64,000 bases of DNA from positions 14,942,001-15,006,000 of the forward strand of contig OZ024748.1 of the NCBI GenBank assembly GCA_964016885.1, written 5' to 3'. Of this stretch, positions 24,733 through 37,556 are shown one piece after another. The DNA is from Eledone cirrhosa (lineage: Eukaryota). A program made the translations under genes and the position numbers. Below the pieces are notes generated by a model. It was not told the DNA's origin. It made no database searches and saw only the letters and a program-made list of their open reading frames with translations. Within the stretch, counting starts at the first letter, position 1. Each line of letters opens with the position of its first letter.

Positions 24733-24746
24733 CCACCAGAGGGCGA
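24733..24746 (+). promoter_or_regulatory. CTCF-like motif
   Basis: CCACCAGAGGGCGA matches the consensus CCASYAGRKGGCRS at 13 of 14 positions. Binding is not shown. Confidence 0.4.
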
Positions 24747-24829
24747 TAGACCAAGTGTTTTGCAAAGCTATGGCTTTCTAAATATTTATCCATAAACATA
24801 CCATATTTCTTTCGAAATAAGAAATTTCA

Positions 24830-24883
<54 letters not shown>

Positions 24884-25186
24884 GTAGTAGTAGTAGTACA
24901 AAGAATATATTTATGAGGGGGTAGAGTGAGATATAAGTTTATGATTTCGGATGTAATGATGTTATTTTTTGCTGTCTCCACACCGGTGCTTCTTTCTATC
25001 TATAACTACAACTGCAGACACATATCTAAACATATTTGACTTGGTATACTTATACACTTATAAACATAGCATTGTATATTTATAAAATATTCCTTCTTAT
25101 ATAAATTACATATCACTGCATATTCATATACAAACTCAGAAACACACACACATAGATTATATATATCTGTGTGGGGGGTGTATATG

Positions 25187-25392
25187 TGGATTCCTGATGT
25201 ATATTGGTAACTACAGTTAAAAAAAGGTACTCAATACATTAGTAAAGTATAGGCAGAGCGATTTTATTATAGAAATGACTTCTACAGGACTAAAACTGTT
25301 TAATTCATAAGGAATCAGCAGGAAATTACTTATGATTTCTAAATGAAACAGTTTTAGTCCTGTAGAAACCATTTTTATAATAATAATAATTA
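25187..25392. mobile_element. Fold-back hammerhead mini-element (TCCTGTAGAAG family)
   Basis: Inverted arms TTCTACAGGACTAAAACTGTTT / AAACAGTTTTAGTCCTGTAGAA have two decayed cores back to back at ~25322. GGTACTCAATAC is at 25226-25237. Homologous to 33991-34137 and 47205-47240. Confidence 0.7.
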
Positions 25393-26359
25393 TATATATA
25401 TTATAAAAGAACAATATATAAACTGGAAATAAATATATATAGCATCATCATGATGGCTTTGATCAACTTTTCCATGATGGTATGGGTAAGACAGGATTTT
25501 TGAAGCACTGTTTTAGAGCCAGATTCCTTTTCCTGACACAAACCCTTTAAGTTGATTCTTACAATGTGCAGTGATTATATATTGAAAGAGTGTATTTGTT
25601 TAAATATACACAAACACACGCAAAGTCTTTCTTTTCAAAGGCAAAACCCATAGTCCTCTAGTTCAAATTTGGAAAACACACACACACACATATATATATA
25701 AATATATATACACTACCCCCCCCCCCCTCTCTCTCTCTTTCTCTGTATATATACTCACGCACACACACACATTTATACATGCGGTTTGTCTGAGGAATGA
25801 AAAACATAGTGGATCCCTCTGAGATTTGAAATCAGAATGGCAAAGTGGCGCCAAACTAAACAAGTCAAGGTAAATCTAGTCTAGTTTAATACTTCAACAT
25901 CAACTCCATTAACATAGTAATATATATATATATACACACATTAATCTATGCATATATATATCTCTCTCTCTCTCTCTTTCTCATCATCATTTTTACGTCC
26001 ATCTCTCCATGCAGGCATGTGTTATATATAAAATTATAAAATACACACACATATATGTAAATGCATACAAACATTCATATGTATGTATATGTATACAAGT
26101 ATGCATACAAGTATGTCTACTGTTTATGTAACTGTTCTTAATTTCATACGACATTGTGAGAAATAGATAATGTTTTTAGCAAAAGACTTTCTTCAAAGAG
26201 AGAGAAAGAAGAAAGGTGTTAGGAGAGAGAGACATATGTGTGAGTGAGAGAGGGAAAGAGAGTGAATTTTGGAGAGGATGGAGTGGAGAAAGACTCTGAG
26301 CAATATGATTTATTGCATAATTTATTACAGATGAAATGGTTAGTTTAATTAAAGCCCAT

Positions 26360-26870
26360 GCCATATACAGGAACAAAACCATCTTGTAAACCATCTTCTA
26401 CACACCCAAACTATTTTCCACACACAAACCATTCTCTACACTCAACTCATAATCCACACACAAAAATAATCCTCCACACCACACTCAAACTATCTTCCAC
26501 AAACACACCTAAACCACTCTCTGCATACACACAAACCATCCTCTGTGTAGACGCAACACCATCTTTCATATACACCGAACACATCTTCCACACAATTCTA
26601 CTAAAATCTTCTTTTGCACACCGCAAAACTGTCCTTCACTCCCCCACTTAAACCATTCCCCCACACACATACATAAAAATCATCGTCTACCTACAGCAAA
26701 CACATCTTCCACACTACACTCATACCAAAACCTTGCTTTGCACACACACCAAAACTGTCCTTCACACCCCTGCATAAACCATCCTCCACACACACAAACA
26801 CACACTAAAACGATGTCTATACTCCTCCTCCAGAACCATCCTCTATACACACCAAAGCATTGTATTCACA
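26360..26870. repeat. Degenerate C/A-rich tandem repeat (CACACAAACCATCCTC-like)
   Basis: G-depleted strand with recurring acacac-aaac-catc-ytc units. Confidence 0.7.
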
Positions 26871-27796
26871 TGACGATAAATTGCTTCTGTAATCCACTTT
26901 TTTGGGAACTAGTTTAAACATTTTTATTCAATTCCAAAGCATTTAGTTTTGTGGAATGGAAAACAAAAGGCTGGGGATGGACAACTGATAGATTTTCCAT
27001 GTAAAATTACATTTTAAAATACAATATCATGAAAATATATCTGCATATCAAATATATAGTCCTGCCAATTCTAGTTAATGGCATATTTCCCATTTATGAA
27101 AGTATTACAATATCAGTTATTGAGTTATTCCATATTCAATATCCTCTCAGATTTAATTCTTAACATCCTGTACCACATAAAACTGCATTAGCAAGACTAT
27201 CTTTGAAAAGTATAAAACAGCGCTATGATTACATTAACAATTATTCTCTTTACATTAATGCAGCTAACTTCCACAATGATCTGTTCACTAGTAAATATAC
27301 TACAAAATTATTAGATGATGTTAAGAGTTAATTATTAAAAAAAATCAACCTAACCATCATCATCTTCATAATTTTTATTTGTGTAATGGAGAGACAAAAT
27401 CGGTCGAGTGACAAATGAAATGTTTGTGTGGGTAGCTGTGGCTTGTAGTGGTGTTCTATAGAGTGAAAAAAGAATTGTGGATCTGAAAATGTACTGCAAG
27501 ATAAATTAATTCGATATTGGTATGAAAATCCTGATTCAAGTATAAATTGAAAACCTAGATAAGCTTCCTGAATGACACTCCACTGCATGTTGTGGTGGAG
27601 AACAGAAGACCCAAGTATTACATATGTAGTAGCACAATGCTGCTTGAAGGTCCTTTTTCACATCAATACCAGTAACAAGAACACACATAGAAGCATATTC
27701 ATTATCATCATCATCGTTTAACATCCATTTTCCACACTAGCATGGGTCATCAATCCATGTTTCCTCAAAGGTGAACACTGAGATGATGGGATATGT

Positions 27797-27991
27797 AATA
27801 ATTATTTCTACTTTTGGCACAAGGCCAGCAATTATCCCAGTACATTACTGGTACTTTATTTTATCGACCCCGTAAGGATGAAAGGCAAAGTTAACCTCGG
27901 CAGGATTTGAACTCAGACCATAAAGGGCCGTAACTCTTTGCTGCAAAGCATGGTGTCCGACCCTCTACCGATACTGCCAATCCACCGCCCT
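27797..27991 (-). mobile_element. Full-length Nin/Deu SINE with TGTAATAAT TSD
   Basis: The family consensus is intact, with direct repeats at 27795-27803 and 27992-28000. An opposite-strand fragment follows at 28000-28110. Confidence 0.9.
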
Positions 27992-28450
27992 TGTAATAAT
28001 GTTTACTGGGTCAATAAAATAAAGTACCATTCACACACTGTGTCGATTTAATTGACTTTCCCCTCCGCCCAAAATGCTGGCCTTGTGCCTAAATCAGAAA
28101 ACATTATTATTATTACTATCATTATTATTATTAATGATGGAAATAATTATGATGATAATAGTTATTATCATCATCATCATCACAATCTTCATTACATATT
28201 GGCTTCATTTTTTCAAAATGAAGTCAATTTTATTATATTATATAAACAATATTCTGTACTAATAATTGGATGAAAAATTAATCAGTCGTTAAGGAATCTG
28301 ATTAAAAATTAATCGGATGTCAACTGAATTTTGTTGATTGACTTCTGTCTTCTTCCCAACATGCACATAAGTGTGTATTATATATATATATATATATATA
28401 CACATACACATGTATACACACACACACGCATATATATATATATATATATA

Positions 28451-28661
28451 GTAATAATAATAAATTTGAAGACTAAAATCCAAAGAGGGCTCGATAAGGA
28501 TAAATATATATCAAATATATAAGAACCGTAGAGCAAATATTTATTAAAATAACAGATTAAAGTTTAAGCAAAGAATCGCTGCTTTCACCCTTAACGTTTC
28601 AGAAGATCCCGTTAAGGGTGAAAGCAGCGATTCTTTGCTTAAACTTTAATCTGTTATTTTA

Positions 28662-28668
<7 letters not shown>
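28451..28668. mobile_element. Second copy of CAGA-core fold-back mini-element
   Basis: The left end is the same as at 18180 and the sequence is near-identical. The hammerhead GTTT-CAGAAGA-TCCC-GTTAA-GGGT-GAAA starts at 28596. Confidence 0.85.
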
Positions 28669-28690
<22 letters not shown>

Positions 28691-28693
<3 letters not shown>

Positions 28694-29090
28694 CATCATC
28701 ATCATTTTACATCCGCTTTTCCCTGCTTGCAAGGGTGGGATGGGAACTGATTCTGGCTTTATTTCTACAGCTGGATGCCCTTCCTAATACCAACCTCATT
28801 TACAGTGACTGCTGGGTGCTTTTTGTTTTTACCGTGGCGCCTACACGTCCACTTTACAGTGTGGGATGGGTGCTTTTATTTATATATATATATATATATA
28901 AATAAAAGCACCCAGCCCACTCTGTAAAGTGGACGTGTAGGCGCCACGGTAAAAACAAAAAGCACCCAGCAGTCACTGTAAATGAGGTTGGTATTAGGAA
29001 GGGCATCCAGCTGTAGAAATCAAGCCAGAATCAGTTCCCGTCCCACCCTTGCAAGCAGGGAAAAGCGGACGTAAAATGATGATGATGATA
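28691..29090. repeat. 400-bp palindrome of two head-to-head RTE-tailed SINE halves centred on (TA)10
   Basis: The arms align without indels about 28890/28891, with about 5 mismatches by eye. Confidence 0.95.
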
Positions 29091-29102
29091 GATATATATA
29101 TA

Positions 29103-29290
29103 TGAAAGAGTCGGGACCCCAACAGCTGAGCTAATGCTGTTTTAACACCTAGTTCCAAATGCAGTTTAGAACTATCTGTTGAAATAGCAAGAGCACAGCC
29201 CTCTGGGTCATACTCTACTACCCCAAGTATTGAGTACTCTGGTGAGTAATGATCTAACAGGTTTTTACTGCATCCATTTTGATATTTAAA
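29103..29290. mobile_element. Fold-back mini-element (GAGCTC-loop family), diverged
   Basis: The centre TAGTTCCAAA-TGCAG-TTTAGAACTA lies just 5' of TTGAAATAGC. The tail carries GTATTGAGTACTC (29227-29239). Confidence 0.7.
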
Positions 29291-29585
29291 TATATATATA
29301 TCATCATCGTATATATTCATCATCATTGGTTGTCATTTTAACGTCCACTTTCCCTGCTAGCAAGGGCTGGATAGATCTACATTGACCAAGCCAGTACTGA
29401 AGCAGAACCACTGATCTCCAAAATAGACCAAGGATCTGCATCTCACTTACGTATGGTCTCACATTCTACTAAGTGCACAGGAGAGGTTTTCATGTCTTTG
29501 ACACAACTGAAAAATTCCCACAACCCTTTGCATATCAAGCTTCTTTGGGTGGATACACTTCCTATCACCTATATATATATATATG

Positions 29586-29930
29586 GAGGCACATGGCTTA
29601 GTGGTTAGAGCATTGGGCTTGCAATCGAAACGTTGTGAGTTCAATTCTCAGACCGGGTGATGTGTTGTTTCCTTGAGCAAGACACTTTATTTCACATTAC
29701 TCCAGTTTACTCAGCTGTAGAAATGAGATGATAGGGACCGGGGTCCCTATCATTCCACTGCAAAGTGGTCGTGGAGGTGCCACGGCAAAAAAGCACCCAG
29801 CACTCACTGTAAAATGAGGTTGGTGTTAGGAAGGGCATCCAGCTGTAGAAATCAAGCCAGCATCAGTTCCCGTCCCACCCTTGCAAGCAAGGAGAAACGG
29901 ACGTAAAATGATGATGATGATGATGATGAT
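29586..29930 (+). mobile_element. Full-length tRNA-headed SINE with RTE-derived tail
   Basis: GGAGGCACATGGCTTAGTGGTTAG (A box), GAGTTCAATTC (B box), CCTTGAGCAAGACACTT, then CCGTCCCACCCTTGCAAGCA..GGACGTAAAA(TGA)n. Confidence 0.85.
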
Positions 29931-30544
29931 ATCAAAATACTTTTGATAATTCGACTGGTATGAACAGTATTTAAAATCAAGTGTCACAACATCATTGCAG
30001 ATAGCAATTTTAATATGTATTCAACCACATACTAGCCAATGCGACATCTGTTAATACTTGGAATAAACCCTACTGTATAACTTATTTGTATTATTCTTCA
30101 TTCTTTCATTATTAATACTCCAGGAACTGCTTACCTAAGAACTGTCCGAAATTGGTCATATGAACACCATAACTAAGTAAATATCCTGCACGTTAAAATC
30201 CTCCACAGTACAGATTCCTCATAACCTCTACTTGGATTACATTAAACGATACCTCATTTACTTCAATAATTATATATATATATACATACTCACACATATA
30301 TTGTAATATTGTATATATGGTTTTGAATAGTTACACTGTATTCCTTCAAGCCGTTAAAAGTGACTAAAAGGTTTGGTGTCAGGGGGAGCATCTGGAAAAC
30401 ATTGCCTCAAAAGATCTAATCTAACCCATACCGGCATGGAAAAGTTGACGTAAAAATGATAATGATAATTACACACACACACATAGACAAATATATATAT
30501 TATATATATAAATGTTATTAAGGCCAAATACTGAGTCTTTTGAC

Positions 30545-30586
30545 TCTGGAGTTTCGCCCGTTTATTACAGTGTCATCAGACGAGAA
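30545..30586 (-). ncRNA. Minimal hammerhead-like motif
   Basis: The reverse strand reads TCTcgt-CTGATGA-CACTGT-AATAA-ACGGGC-GAAA-CTCC-AGA, then GAGTC-AAAA-GACTC and (TA)n. Confidence 0.55.
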
Positions 30587-30799
30587 CTAATAGTTCAATA
30601 GCAGATATAGTATAAAGGAAGGCACACACACACATGTGAGTGTATATATACATATGGAGAGAAAGAGAGTGAGTGAAAGAGATAGTGAGTGTTGGTGGAG
30701 GACGTGGTATATTTGCCAGATGATTTTATGAATGTATGTTGATTGTTGTTTTATCATTTCATATTGTGTACATATATCACATATATCACCTATCAGCCT

Positions 30800-31050
30800 A
30801 TTTAAGTATGTTTGTATTGTGCATATATATCTTTTCTAAGTGTATTTAAGTATATATAAGTATATTTTTGTATTGTGTATATCTACCACTCTAAGTATAT
30901 ATTAGTATATATTTGTATTGTGTATATCTACCACTCTAAGTATATATTAGTATATATTTTTATTGTGTATAACTACCACTCTAAGTATATATAAGTATAT
31001 ATTTGTATTGTGTATAGCTATCATAAGTATATATTTGTATTGTGTATACA
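30800..31050. repeat. 45-bp minisatellite, ~5 copies
   Basis: The unit TAAGTATATATTAGTATATATTTGTATTGTGTATATCTACCACTC has period 45. Confidence 0.85.
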
Positions 31051-31462
31051 AGTGTTTCTTGATATCATGATATAAATGTATGTGTGAATGTCAGTTGCTG
31101 TTTGCCCATGGCAATGACTTAGTAGTAGTAGTAGTAGATCTCATCTGATTGCGATACAATGATGTGAACAATCCAATGTGTGGCTATTGTGATTATTTAA
31201 TAAGTGATATCTTATTCATTTATTTCTGTGTTATATGTGTTTGTGTCCCCACCCCATGCAAACGAGTAAAAACGATGATTTTATATATATATATATATAT
31301 ATACACACACATACATATATATACACACACATACATATGCATACATACACACACATATACGAGATGCTACTAGTGAAGACTAGTAAGACCATTATTCAAC
31401 TTAGAAGAAAAGTAGAATGTAGATATTATTATTATAAGGATCCTTTGCCAAAGCATCCTTGT

Positions 31463-31567
31463 AATAATTGTTTCTACTTTAAGCACAAGGCCAGCAATTA
31501 CCCAGTGCATTACTGGTACTTTATTTTATCGACCCCGTAAGGATGAAAGGCAAAGTCAACCTCGGCA
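31463..31567 (-). mobile_element. 5'-truncated Nin/Deu SINE
   Basis: Close match to the 3' half of the family consensus. Confidence 0.85.
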
Positions 31568-33045
31568 CTATATATATATGTGTGCGTGTCTCTGCCCATG
31601 TATCTGTGAGCATGCTTGTGCATGGGAATTGAGGACATACTGTTCTGACTGTTGCAGTAACATGTTTTTATATTTTAGTCTGCAAATCCTAAGGCAATGT
31701 GTGCTATGTATTGTGTTTTATAACGATAATCTTTTTCTTTTATGTATATCTGTATGACTTTCTATTCATTTCAATTTTCCCCCCCCAAAAAAAATTTTAA
31801 TCAATTTGTATTTTTCATTTCATCATTGATTTTAAATTATTTTAATGAAGATGTATGATAGTGTAAGAAGTACTTTCTTTCAGAATGTATTATTTTATAT
31901 TTACATACACATTGTTGCAGTCACACCCTGAATATATACAGATATAACTTTATCATTTATATGGATATAACTATATTTTCTGTTTGTATCTTGGATGCTA
32001 TTTAGGGGAGAATATGTTGTTTATGTATTTTCTTTTTGTATGTTTTGTTGAAAGATCTGCCATGATTTCATCATCTATATTTTCTTCCATTTCTAAAAAC
32101 AATAACTATGTCCTCAATTTAAACTTTATATATATACACACACACAAACTTTCATGTTCTCTCCCAACCTGAACTCTCCATATCCCGATGAAGGACTTCC
32201 ATCTGAAGTCTCAAACCCTTCTGCACTTCCTCGAAAGTGTGATCCTAATAAGCTATTGTATTTTTGTATCCCTGTGTTTGGCATCAGGAAAGGCATCCAG
32301 CCATAGAAACCAAGCAAGAATCAGTTCTGTCTGAGAGAATCACGGTCCCCTAACCTCACAAAGGGACAGCCCATCCTACCCATGCTAGCGTGGAAGATGG
32401 ACGTCAAATGATGATTATGATGATATATACATACATATAATGTTGTTTCAGTACACACCTATGAGGGTTTAACTGACAGCCAAGAGATTGTATCTCATAG
32501 GAGATTTATTGTATGTTTAATGATAGGGGGCCCCATCCCAATCATGATAAGCCATGCAAAATGAAGCATCATGTTCAAAAACACAACTTGATGCCTTATG
32601 ATATGTTCCTGAGTGTAACATCATAACCATAAAGTCACACCCTTTCATGTTCCCCTATTGCCATACATTCTAAAATCAAAGAGACAGGCATCAGTGAATG
32701 AGTTTCTATATCAGCTTAGGGTTCATTGAACTATCCTCCTTTTATCTGTTGCCATAGTTTCATGTCAAATCTGTGGATCAACCTTGGCTCCTAATATAAT
32801 CATGATGATTAGAACCACAATGTTATGCAAACAATACAATATTATCCATAGAACATATCTTATCTGAGGTCATTGACAAAGATGTTGCATCTAAAAACTT
32901 GATTGGTTGTTTCATTGCACCAAAGTTCATTTTCAGTGCAGTTAAGCGATTCAATTGTTCAGCTGACCAGATCAATAACAAATACATCAGGAAATCACAA
33001 GCTAGAAAAGAATTATTCAGATAATCTTCATATTAAATACACACT

Positions 33046-33090
<45 letters not shown>

Positions 33091-33095
<5 letters not shown>

Positions 33096-33985
33096 GCAGT
33101 CATCACGTGCTGCTTGACTGCTAAACAAGGACTTAATCTTTACTCTATATCCCACCCTGAAAACTTATCGAGGATCTCTATAATACACTTAAAGTCTTTT
33201 CATAAAAGACTCTCTCTGTAAATTCTTTAACTAAATCTCCCAACTCAAAACTTAAATTTTTTAAAACTGTTTAATTTTTAATTTTCTAATTTTTTTTAAT
33301 TTTCTGATTTTAATCTTTAATTTAATTTTTTTAAATTTTCATCCTATAAATCTAAACAAAAATTTAATCTTCCAATTTTCTGTTCACACATTATACCATG
33401 CAGACGCCCACTATATATATACCTCTGTTAAGATATAGGTTCTTTAGAATAACATTTTTCGCGACAATTCCTAGCCTGATTGTAGTGTAACATTAACGCT
33501 GACTTTTCTTCTTTCTTTCTGTCTTTTGTTCTATTCTTCTCTTTGACCTGGAGGTTAGTAGCACATTATAAGCTTTCGCCTCCTCACCAGATAGCCTTAA
33601 GTAGACCGAATAGTCAGCACTTGAGGGTGACCGGCTAAAGTGGAAGATGCTAGATGGTCAGTCGTCCTCGGGTCTGTGATTTTCAGCCCCATGGATTTTA
33701 TCTGTTAGATTCATTTATTATATTTCGAATACCTGATGATATCACCGGATTCATACGGAACCCGGTCATTGAAATGATCTTAGTATAATAAACCTTTCAA
33801 GGATTTACACAAGTCCAGCCTCCTGTTATTTTATTATAATAATTAACTCGGTACTCGCACCACCAACTACACAAACGAAGACGGTTGAGCTGCTCTACGT
33901 TGAGTACTCTCCATATTATTACATCAAGATTGACCATGCGGAATGACCAACTATATCCAGTGGTGAACCTTCAAACCTAAATATA
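33091..33985 (+). mobile_element. ~0.9-kb non-coding Penelope-like 3' fragment between (TA)n tracts
   Basis: A T-rich UTR-like region precedes the hammerhead ATAC-CTGATGA-(ACCGG..CCGGT)-GAAA-TGATCTTA-GTAT (33729-33786). AATAAA follows at 33787 and GTTGAGTACTC at 33899-33909. Confidence 0.65.
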
Positions 33986-33990
33986 TATAT

Positions 33991-34134
33991 GTCATCAAGA
34001 CATTCCTGATGATTTCATACGAATGAAACAGTTCTAGTCCTGTAGAAGCCATTTTTATATTAAATAATGATGCTTACACACTACTTATGTATTGAGTACC
34101 TTTTTTAACTGTAGTTACCCCATGATTTTACTCG

Positions 34135-34137
<3 letters not shown>
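33991..34137 (+). mobile_element. Hammerhead mini-element (TCCTGTAGAAG family), single arm
   Basis: CTGATGA-TTTC-ATAC-GAAT-GAAA-CAGT-TC (34006-34034) and GTATTGAGTACC (34089-34100), with TA on both sides. Confidence 0.7.
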
Positions 34138-34170
<33 letters not shown>

Positions 34171-34230
34171 GTGACTCACTCTGTAACAACCATGCCAGTA
34201 TGAAACAACGGACACAAGATGATGATAATG

Positions 34231-34319
<89 letters not shown>

Positions 34320-34379
34320 CATATATATATAAGACGTATTCACATATACTCACGTAAACAGAAAGATATGTGGAAAATG

Positions 34380-34645
34380 TCTTAGTCTCATTCAAGAGAA
34401 ATTGAAGGCTGGTATGTTTGATGGGACTAAGATAAGAACATTAATGAAAGATGAGCTATTTATATAGGTTTACTTAAAACTGTTGAGAAAAATACCTGGG
34501 TAGCATTCAAAGAAGTGAAAAATGATTTGGACAACAACAAATCCAAAAACTATAAAGATCCAATGTTTTTTTTATTTATTTATTCATCTATACTTTTTTC
34601 TTTGCTTTCAAAAGCTAGGATGTAATATGAAGCTCAAACTTCTCT
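34380..34645 (+). pseudogene. DNA-transposase remnant, probably CMC/Chapaev3-like
   Basis: Translates as EKLKAGMFDGTKIRTLMKDELF..EKNTWVAFKEVKN.L.NNKSKNY..FQKLGCNMKLKL, matching the widespread KLKAGIF.GPQIR..AW..F..V..NFLGN.K..NY..LGCNMSLK family. The superfamily name is from recall. Confidence 0.65.
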
Positions 34646-34723
34646 GTCTATATTTTTAACAAAATACACTATGTATTTCAAGCAACTTTTTTTCTTTTTA
34701 AATAATTGTGTATGTGGATGGCT

Positions 34724-35140
34724 TTAACCCGTTTCATTACCATATTTCTAAACCAAATACACTGCTTTTGGTTTTCAAATAGTTTTGAAAATAATTAAGA
34801 ATTTAGAGAGATTTATTAAAATAACTAACTTTCTCACTTGTATTTGGTGAATAACTTAACAGAGATTCTTAATTGAAGTTATGATAGAACATCTTTAGAA
34901 AAATATAAATATATTTATATAAATGTAAACACAATTTTCCATCGTACAAACATAGGCAGTATGAAAAGAGTTAAGCTTGTGTTTAGAACATTAGAAAGCT
35001 TAGCTTTAAATATAAACACTTCAAAATGGATGGTTTTGTATCATAGAGCCAAGAGCTTTGCTAGCGTTCAGTTTGGTGGTTTGTACAAACATTATGTTTG
35101 AAGTGTCAAGAATTATTAATGATAGGCATTATAGGGTTAA
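34724..35140. mobile_element. piggyBac-like MITE family 1, one full and one partial copy
   Basis: TTAACCC..AAGAGTTAA, then a partial copy ending AGGGTTAA. Confidence 0.6.
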
Positions 35141-36129
35141 GAACAAACATAACAAAGTTGCAATGTATCTCAGGAATATGTTTCATTACCATTTAACATT
35201 ATACTTCATACATGAATATCATTCAATCTGCACTTCAGACAGAGGGAGAATTCCTTTGTTGCCAAAATAGGAAAATAGCTCCCTCAACTTCTTCTGCCCC
35301 ATTCTTATATGCCTCTAGAGAATATTTTCAATTCCATTCAATGCACAAATAGCTATTCACTTATATGATTTCAAACATATACATCCTTGCAGAAAGATTA
35401 CCCTTCTTCACTTTCAACTTAATTTGGAAAATACCTACAAGATTCACAGTACAGCATTAGAATAGAGTCTTTTATTCTTTTATTGGCTTCAACCACTAGA
35501 CCACCTCCATGCTGGAGCACCATCTTTGAGGGGATTAGCCAATTATATCGACCCCAGTGCTTTTTTTCAAATCTGATACTCAATGTGTCTAGTTTTTGCT
35601 GAGCCACGAAGTCATGTAATGTGAACAAACAGCAAATAAACATGGACACAAACTAACACACACAAGGGGAGGGGGCAATAAAGGGCTTCTGAACAGTTTC
35701 CATCTACCAAATTTCACATACAAAATATTGTTTTAAAGATAAATACATTTCAATGCCCAAGCATAGCCACAGACTGAGACTAGTAAAAGAATAAACGAAT
35801 AATATTTACTCAGGTAAAAATCTAAACAAAAATTGCTATTTTAAATAATTACTTATACTATTTTCTGATTACATAACAAAACATTGTATAATAGGACAAT
35901 TTCACAGAGAATTTAACTAAGTGCACAAAGAAGATATTGCTGTACATATTTTTCTGGCAACTTCAAAGGAGAATGTTTGTCTTTCTTATAAATTCTATAT
36001 TTTGGTTTCTTTCTGACAGTGCACTAAGTAAAGAGGTTGTTATGTTGATTCAATCTTATACATAATATATTGGTAAACTACTCTCTCTTTCTTCACACTT
36101 TCAATCCTTTCTCTTAATATTTTAAACAC

Positions 36130-36420
36130 ATCTGAGACCAAAGAAAATGAATATAAGAGCAATCAAATGTAAGACTATGATGTGATATGATATGGATATA
36201 TGATGTGTATTGATGAGGATCATTGAGTGAAGAAATACCAGAAATTATCAGTGGAAGTTAGCTGCAGGAGAGAAAGACCCAGGAAGAGATGTGTAGAAAT
36301 AGTGAGTGTGGGTCTCAAAATTATGAAATTCACAGAGCATATGATAAAGGAATGTCACACATGGAGGGAGGCTATGCTGGAAAAGTCCCATCCAACCCGG
36401 GGAAAATGGGTGTAAAAGTG
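36130..36420 (+). pseudogene. RTE LINE C-terminal remnant
   Basis: Translates as *YGYMMCIDEDH*VKKYQKLSVEVSCRRERPRKR..TEHMIKECHTWREAMLEKSHPT. Confidence 0.8.
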
Positions 36421-36835
36421 AATTGGCAGTATCGGTAGAGGGTCGGACGCCATGCTTTGACGCATAGAGTTACGGCCCTTGCCATTCTGAGTTGAAATCC
36501 CGCCGAGGTTAACTTTGCCTTTCATCCTTACGGGGTCGATAAAAAAAAGTACCAGTAATGTACTGGATAATTGCTGGCCTTGTGCCTAACGTAGAAACAA
36601 TTATTATTATTAGGTGATTGATTGGCAGTATCAGTAGTGTATTTGACTATATGTTTTGTGGCATATAGTTATTGCACTTTACGTTCTGCATTCATATCCT
36701 GCTGAGGTTAGTTTTGCCTTTCATTCTTACAGGGTCGATAAAATAAAGCACCAGTATTGCACTGGGGTTGATTTAATTAACTTTCTCCTCCCGCAAAATT
36801 GTTAGACTTGTGCCTAAATCAGAAAGCATTATTAT
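36420..36835 (+). mobile_element. Two tandem Nin/Deu SINEs
   Basis: A young copy at 36420-36605 is followed by an older one at 36612-36835. Confidence 0.85.
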
Positions 36836-36947
36836 TACTATTGGGCTGCATGCCTTCACAACATTATTTACATCTTACCACATTGATCATTAGTCTACTT
36901 CACTCACTTGATTGGGGCTGCCTTGAAACCAACTCTTCAAACACTAA

Positions 36948-37202
36948 TTAACCCTTTCATATTTCTAATGCAATAGACTGCCTACGGTTTTCAATTAATT
37001 TTGAAAATAATCAAGAATTTGGAAGGAGTTAGTAATATAACTTCTTTACACTATTAAGGTGGTGTTTGGAAAATAACTTAACAACAATTGTTATATAAAA
37101 TTATGATGGAAGGTTTTATAAAAATGTAAACACTTTAAAAACAACAGTTTTGTACCATAGAACCAGAGGCTGTTTCACGTGGTTTGGGAGTAAAAGGGTT
37201 AA
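36948..37202. mobile_element. piggyBac-like MITE family 1
   Basis: TTAA|CCCTTTC....AAAAGGG|TTAA. Confidence 0.75.
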
Positions 37203-37397
37203 TGATGTCGCGATATAAAAATCAGACCATTTCATTCACATTAGTTTTCTATGAAAGTTGTGATTCCAGCACCCATCCAACCACCCACCACCTGCCTAAT
37301 TCTATGACTAATTTCACATTTTCATAGCTAATGTTTATTTTCTCATACCGGCATCTGAGATAAAGTAGAACAAATACATTTCTGGCACATTCATGTA

Positions 37398-37556
<159 letters not shown>

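Noticed and set aside
29586-29660. tRNA genes at SINE heads
   Set aside because: A and B boxes are present but there is no complete cloverleaf, and the heads continue into SINE bodies.
33620-33715. SECIS element, as reported for some PLEs
   Set aside because: The spacing between RTGA and AAA is too short and there is no opposing GA quartet or upstream ORF.
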